Shown here one piece after another: positions 61,319 to 64,000 of a stretch of DNA of 64,000 bases. The stretch covers positions 2,976,001-3,040,000 of the forward strand of contig OZ361260.1 of assembly GCA_977018835.1 (NCBI GenBank). Reading direction: 5' to 3'. Under the pieces are notes generated by a model. That model had not been told where the DNA came from, did no database searches, and worked only from the letters and a program-made list of their open reading frames with translations. This DNA comes from Minutocellus sp. GHC0000111. Its lineage: Eukaryota. Every line of letters starts with the position of its first letter. The stretch's first letter is position 1. The translations under genes were made by a program, and so were the position numbers.

Positions 61319-62947
61319 ATGGCCGAGGCCATGGATGTGGACCCCCCAAAGGAGGGAGAGAAGGGCGGTGCCGAGGGCACCACCCCGACCACCCCCGACG
61401 AAGATGAGGAGCAGATTTCCGATCTCCTCGACCTTCTAGACCAATCCGAGGAGACCACTCTTGCCTCCTCGGATCGCATCCCCCTCCTCTCCTCGATCCT
61501 CACGGAATCCCAGAACCGCTACGGTCCCAAGGCCAGCGGCGTTAAGGAGCGGGCAATCTACGGTCTGGCCCGTGCGTACTGCGGATCGGCCCAGTACGAC
61601 GAGGTGGTGAGCCTCCTCACCGGCGACACGTGCCGGGGCTTTTTTGACAATGCCACCAAGGCCAAGTGCGCCAAGGTGGTCCGCGCCGTGCTGGACATTG
61701 TTTGCAGTTTGGCGCCGGATCAATTGGAAATGGTAAGTGTGAATATGCGGTCCGGAGGCGCGGGGGGCAACATATCTACGCTGTATGTTTGTGCTGGTTC
61801 GGTAATTTTTGGCCAAGATATGTTTATGCCATACCTCCACTAAACAAATTTTCACCACCTGCCACAACACCCGTTGTTTCCATTCGTGTTGGCTGTCGCC
61901 CGTTTCCGCGTCCTGACCAAATAGCAAGCCGAGGTTTGTCAGAACATCATCAAGTGGTGCAAGGCGGAGAAGCGAACCTTCCTCCGCCAGCGCGTCGAGG
62001 CCAAGCTGGCCTTTATCCTCTACGAGCAGGAGAAGTACGGAGACGCCCTCACCCTCGTCGATGACCTGCTCGTGGAACTCAAGAAGCTCGATGACAAGCA
62101 GCTCCTGGTGGAAACTCATCTGGTCGAGTCCAAAATCCACCACGGCCTCCGCGGTATGGCCAAGGCCAAGGCCGCCCTTACTGCCTCCCGGACCTGTGCG
62201 AACGCCATCTACGTCGCCCCGACTCTCCAGTCTACCATCGATTCCATGTCGGGAACTCTCCACTGCGAGGAAGGCGATTACAACACCGCCCATTCCTACT
62301 TTCTGGAGGCCTTTGAGCAGCTCGATCAAATGGACGACCGCGAACGGGCCATCAAGGCGCTCAAGTACATGATGCTCTGTCGGATATTGGACAGCCTCAC
62401 CAAGGCCCTGAAGCTCAGCGCCGCGGGAGGCGTCGGGGCTAAGTCCGACCGGTCCGACGTCGATCTTTCAGGGATGATCTCCGGCAGACAGGGGGTCAAG
62501 TACGCCGGGAGTGACATCGAGGCCATGTCGGCCATTGCGGCCGCCGCCTCCCGTCGATCCCTCAAGGAGTTCGAATCGGTCATTGAGCAGTACAGTGCCC
62601 AGCTCCAGGAAGATGTCCTCATCAAGCACCATCTTGGTATTCTCAGCGAGCAGCTACTCGAATCCAACCTTATCCGCATCATCGAGCCGTACTCATGCGT
62701 GGAGATTTCGCACGTTGCGGCACTCATTGAGATGCCCCAGCCCACTGTGGAGAAGAAGCTAAGCCAGATGATTTTGGACGGCAAGTTCCAGGGTATTCTC
62801 GATCAGGGCAAGGGACAGCTCATCGTTTACGAGGAGGGGGAAAAGGATGCTGTGATCGAGAAGGGATTGCAGGTCATCTCCAATATGGACAACGTTGTAA
62901 GTTATCTTTTCGATCGAGCTGGTGCTCTCACCGTCATGATGTCGTAG
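61319..62947 (+). CDS. RPN6: 26S proteasome lid subunit RPN6/PSMD11, 2 exons (61319-61732, 61925-62947)
   Basis: WCKAEKRTFLRQ, ELKKLDDK.LLVE, DYNTAHSYFLEAFE, LIRIIEPYS and KLSQMILD..F.GILDQG motifs. Confidence 0.96.
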
Positions 62948-64000
62948 GAGCTACGTAGCTAGATCACCAATACCATCTGGTTACCGGTACGACCAATCGA
63001 AACCGAATTTTCAGAGCTACATGTACTCTAGATCTAGATCTAGCTAGCCCTTTTCGAGTAAGAAAATATACTGGTAGGAATTCCTACTACGAATACTATG
63101 GAGCTAATTACGCAGTTAGTAAAGGCAACGTACAGCATGCAACAACTCTCGGGCAATTACTTTCATGGTAAAAGCAGGAAAGCAAACATCGGAAAATCAA
63201 ATCGGAATAAATCTCGAGGTCGTTGGCCTTAGTTAGTTTCCAATGGTCATCATCATGACGTTTGTGGTTTCGGAGCTGAGAGCCGCGTAGCGTATGCGCA
63301 TTTGCGATCCGGCGAGAGGCGCTTCGAGGGCCGACGTCGAGTGCTAGTGAGGAGAGGCGTGGAGTACGTGTCGTCAGTGGAGCTCCAGTTTACAGTATCG
63401 ATATCCCTCTCGCTGCTGCGTCCACTTTGCAACTTTGCAATAGGCCACGCTCGAACGCATAAACCAAAGCATCGACATGTCTGCGCCCTTTCCAGACGAC
63501 AAAAAGCCACGACGGCGACGACGGAATAGACCAGCCAACGGCGCCGCCGCCGCCACCACGACAACCCCTTCCACGTTGCCGCCACCATCGCCGGCTTCGG
63601 CCGCTGCTGCCCCGTTTTCTATGATCGTCCAGTCCATTGTAAGATATCTTGCAGTTTCGTTCATCCTGGCTCACTGCACTTTCCTTTTGGTATGGTTTGC
63701 AGCATCATCCCTATGTCACGGCGAAAATGCTCCACCACAAAGCGAAGGTAGCGCTATCTGCCCGCATACCTTTTATGCCGAAACTGGAGGCCAATGCGTC
63801 GCCCTTGTGGACGCTGCCACCGCGTCCATAGGCGGCAACTCCGCCGCTGCAAATTCGATACGAACAGACGATTACAGCAGTGGAGTTCTGTGCCACGATG
63901 CCGAGGTTTTGCTGCCCCTCGCTCAAAAGTACTCGCCGTTTTGGCCCCTGGCATTGCCAGCGCGACGTGAAGACGCCTCTTCCGCATCGTGTTGCGACTT

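Noticed and set aside
63250..64000. GC-rich, coding-like stretch at the window end
   Set aside because: No continuous frame or recognisable motif; cannot be called.
1..64000. CRISPR arrays, rRNA or prokaryotic operons
   Set aside because: None seen; the sequence is intron-containing eukaryotic DNA.

Overview
Eukaryotic nuclear DNA, most likely from a diatom: short GT-AG introns, ASAFAP-type plastid presequences, RXL-motif secreted proteins and a CoDi-like copia element. About 22 host genes are present, including a bestrophin, PAM18, a DUF547 protein, OSCA/TMEM63, an SGNH hydrolase, an MFS transporter, RsfS, a WBP4-like zinc finger, MOB1, a TOM1-like protein, AlaRS, a SET protein, a trypsin, a PrsW-like protein and RPN6. 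They are interleaved with a DD39D mariner, four CAGT-ended MITEs, a tyrosine-recombinase retrotransposon plus a second 5' fragment of it, a copia LTR element and a Kolobok transposon. The most striking signal is a repeat-focused, both-strand TpA->TpG/CpA (A->G) hypermutation, the reverse of fungal RIP. It is visible in copy-versus-copy alignments, in mutated TA target-site duplications and in systematic Tyr->Cys/His loss at conserved and catalytic TE residues, while conserved host genes such as AlaRS are spared. Intergenic DNA also carries concatenated TA-flanked palindromes that match the ends of the resident mariner (excision footprints), and several host genes carry disabling lesions. All alignments were done by eye and no database searches were run.
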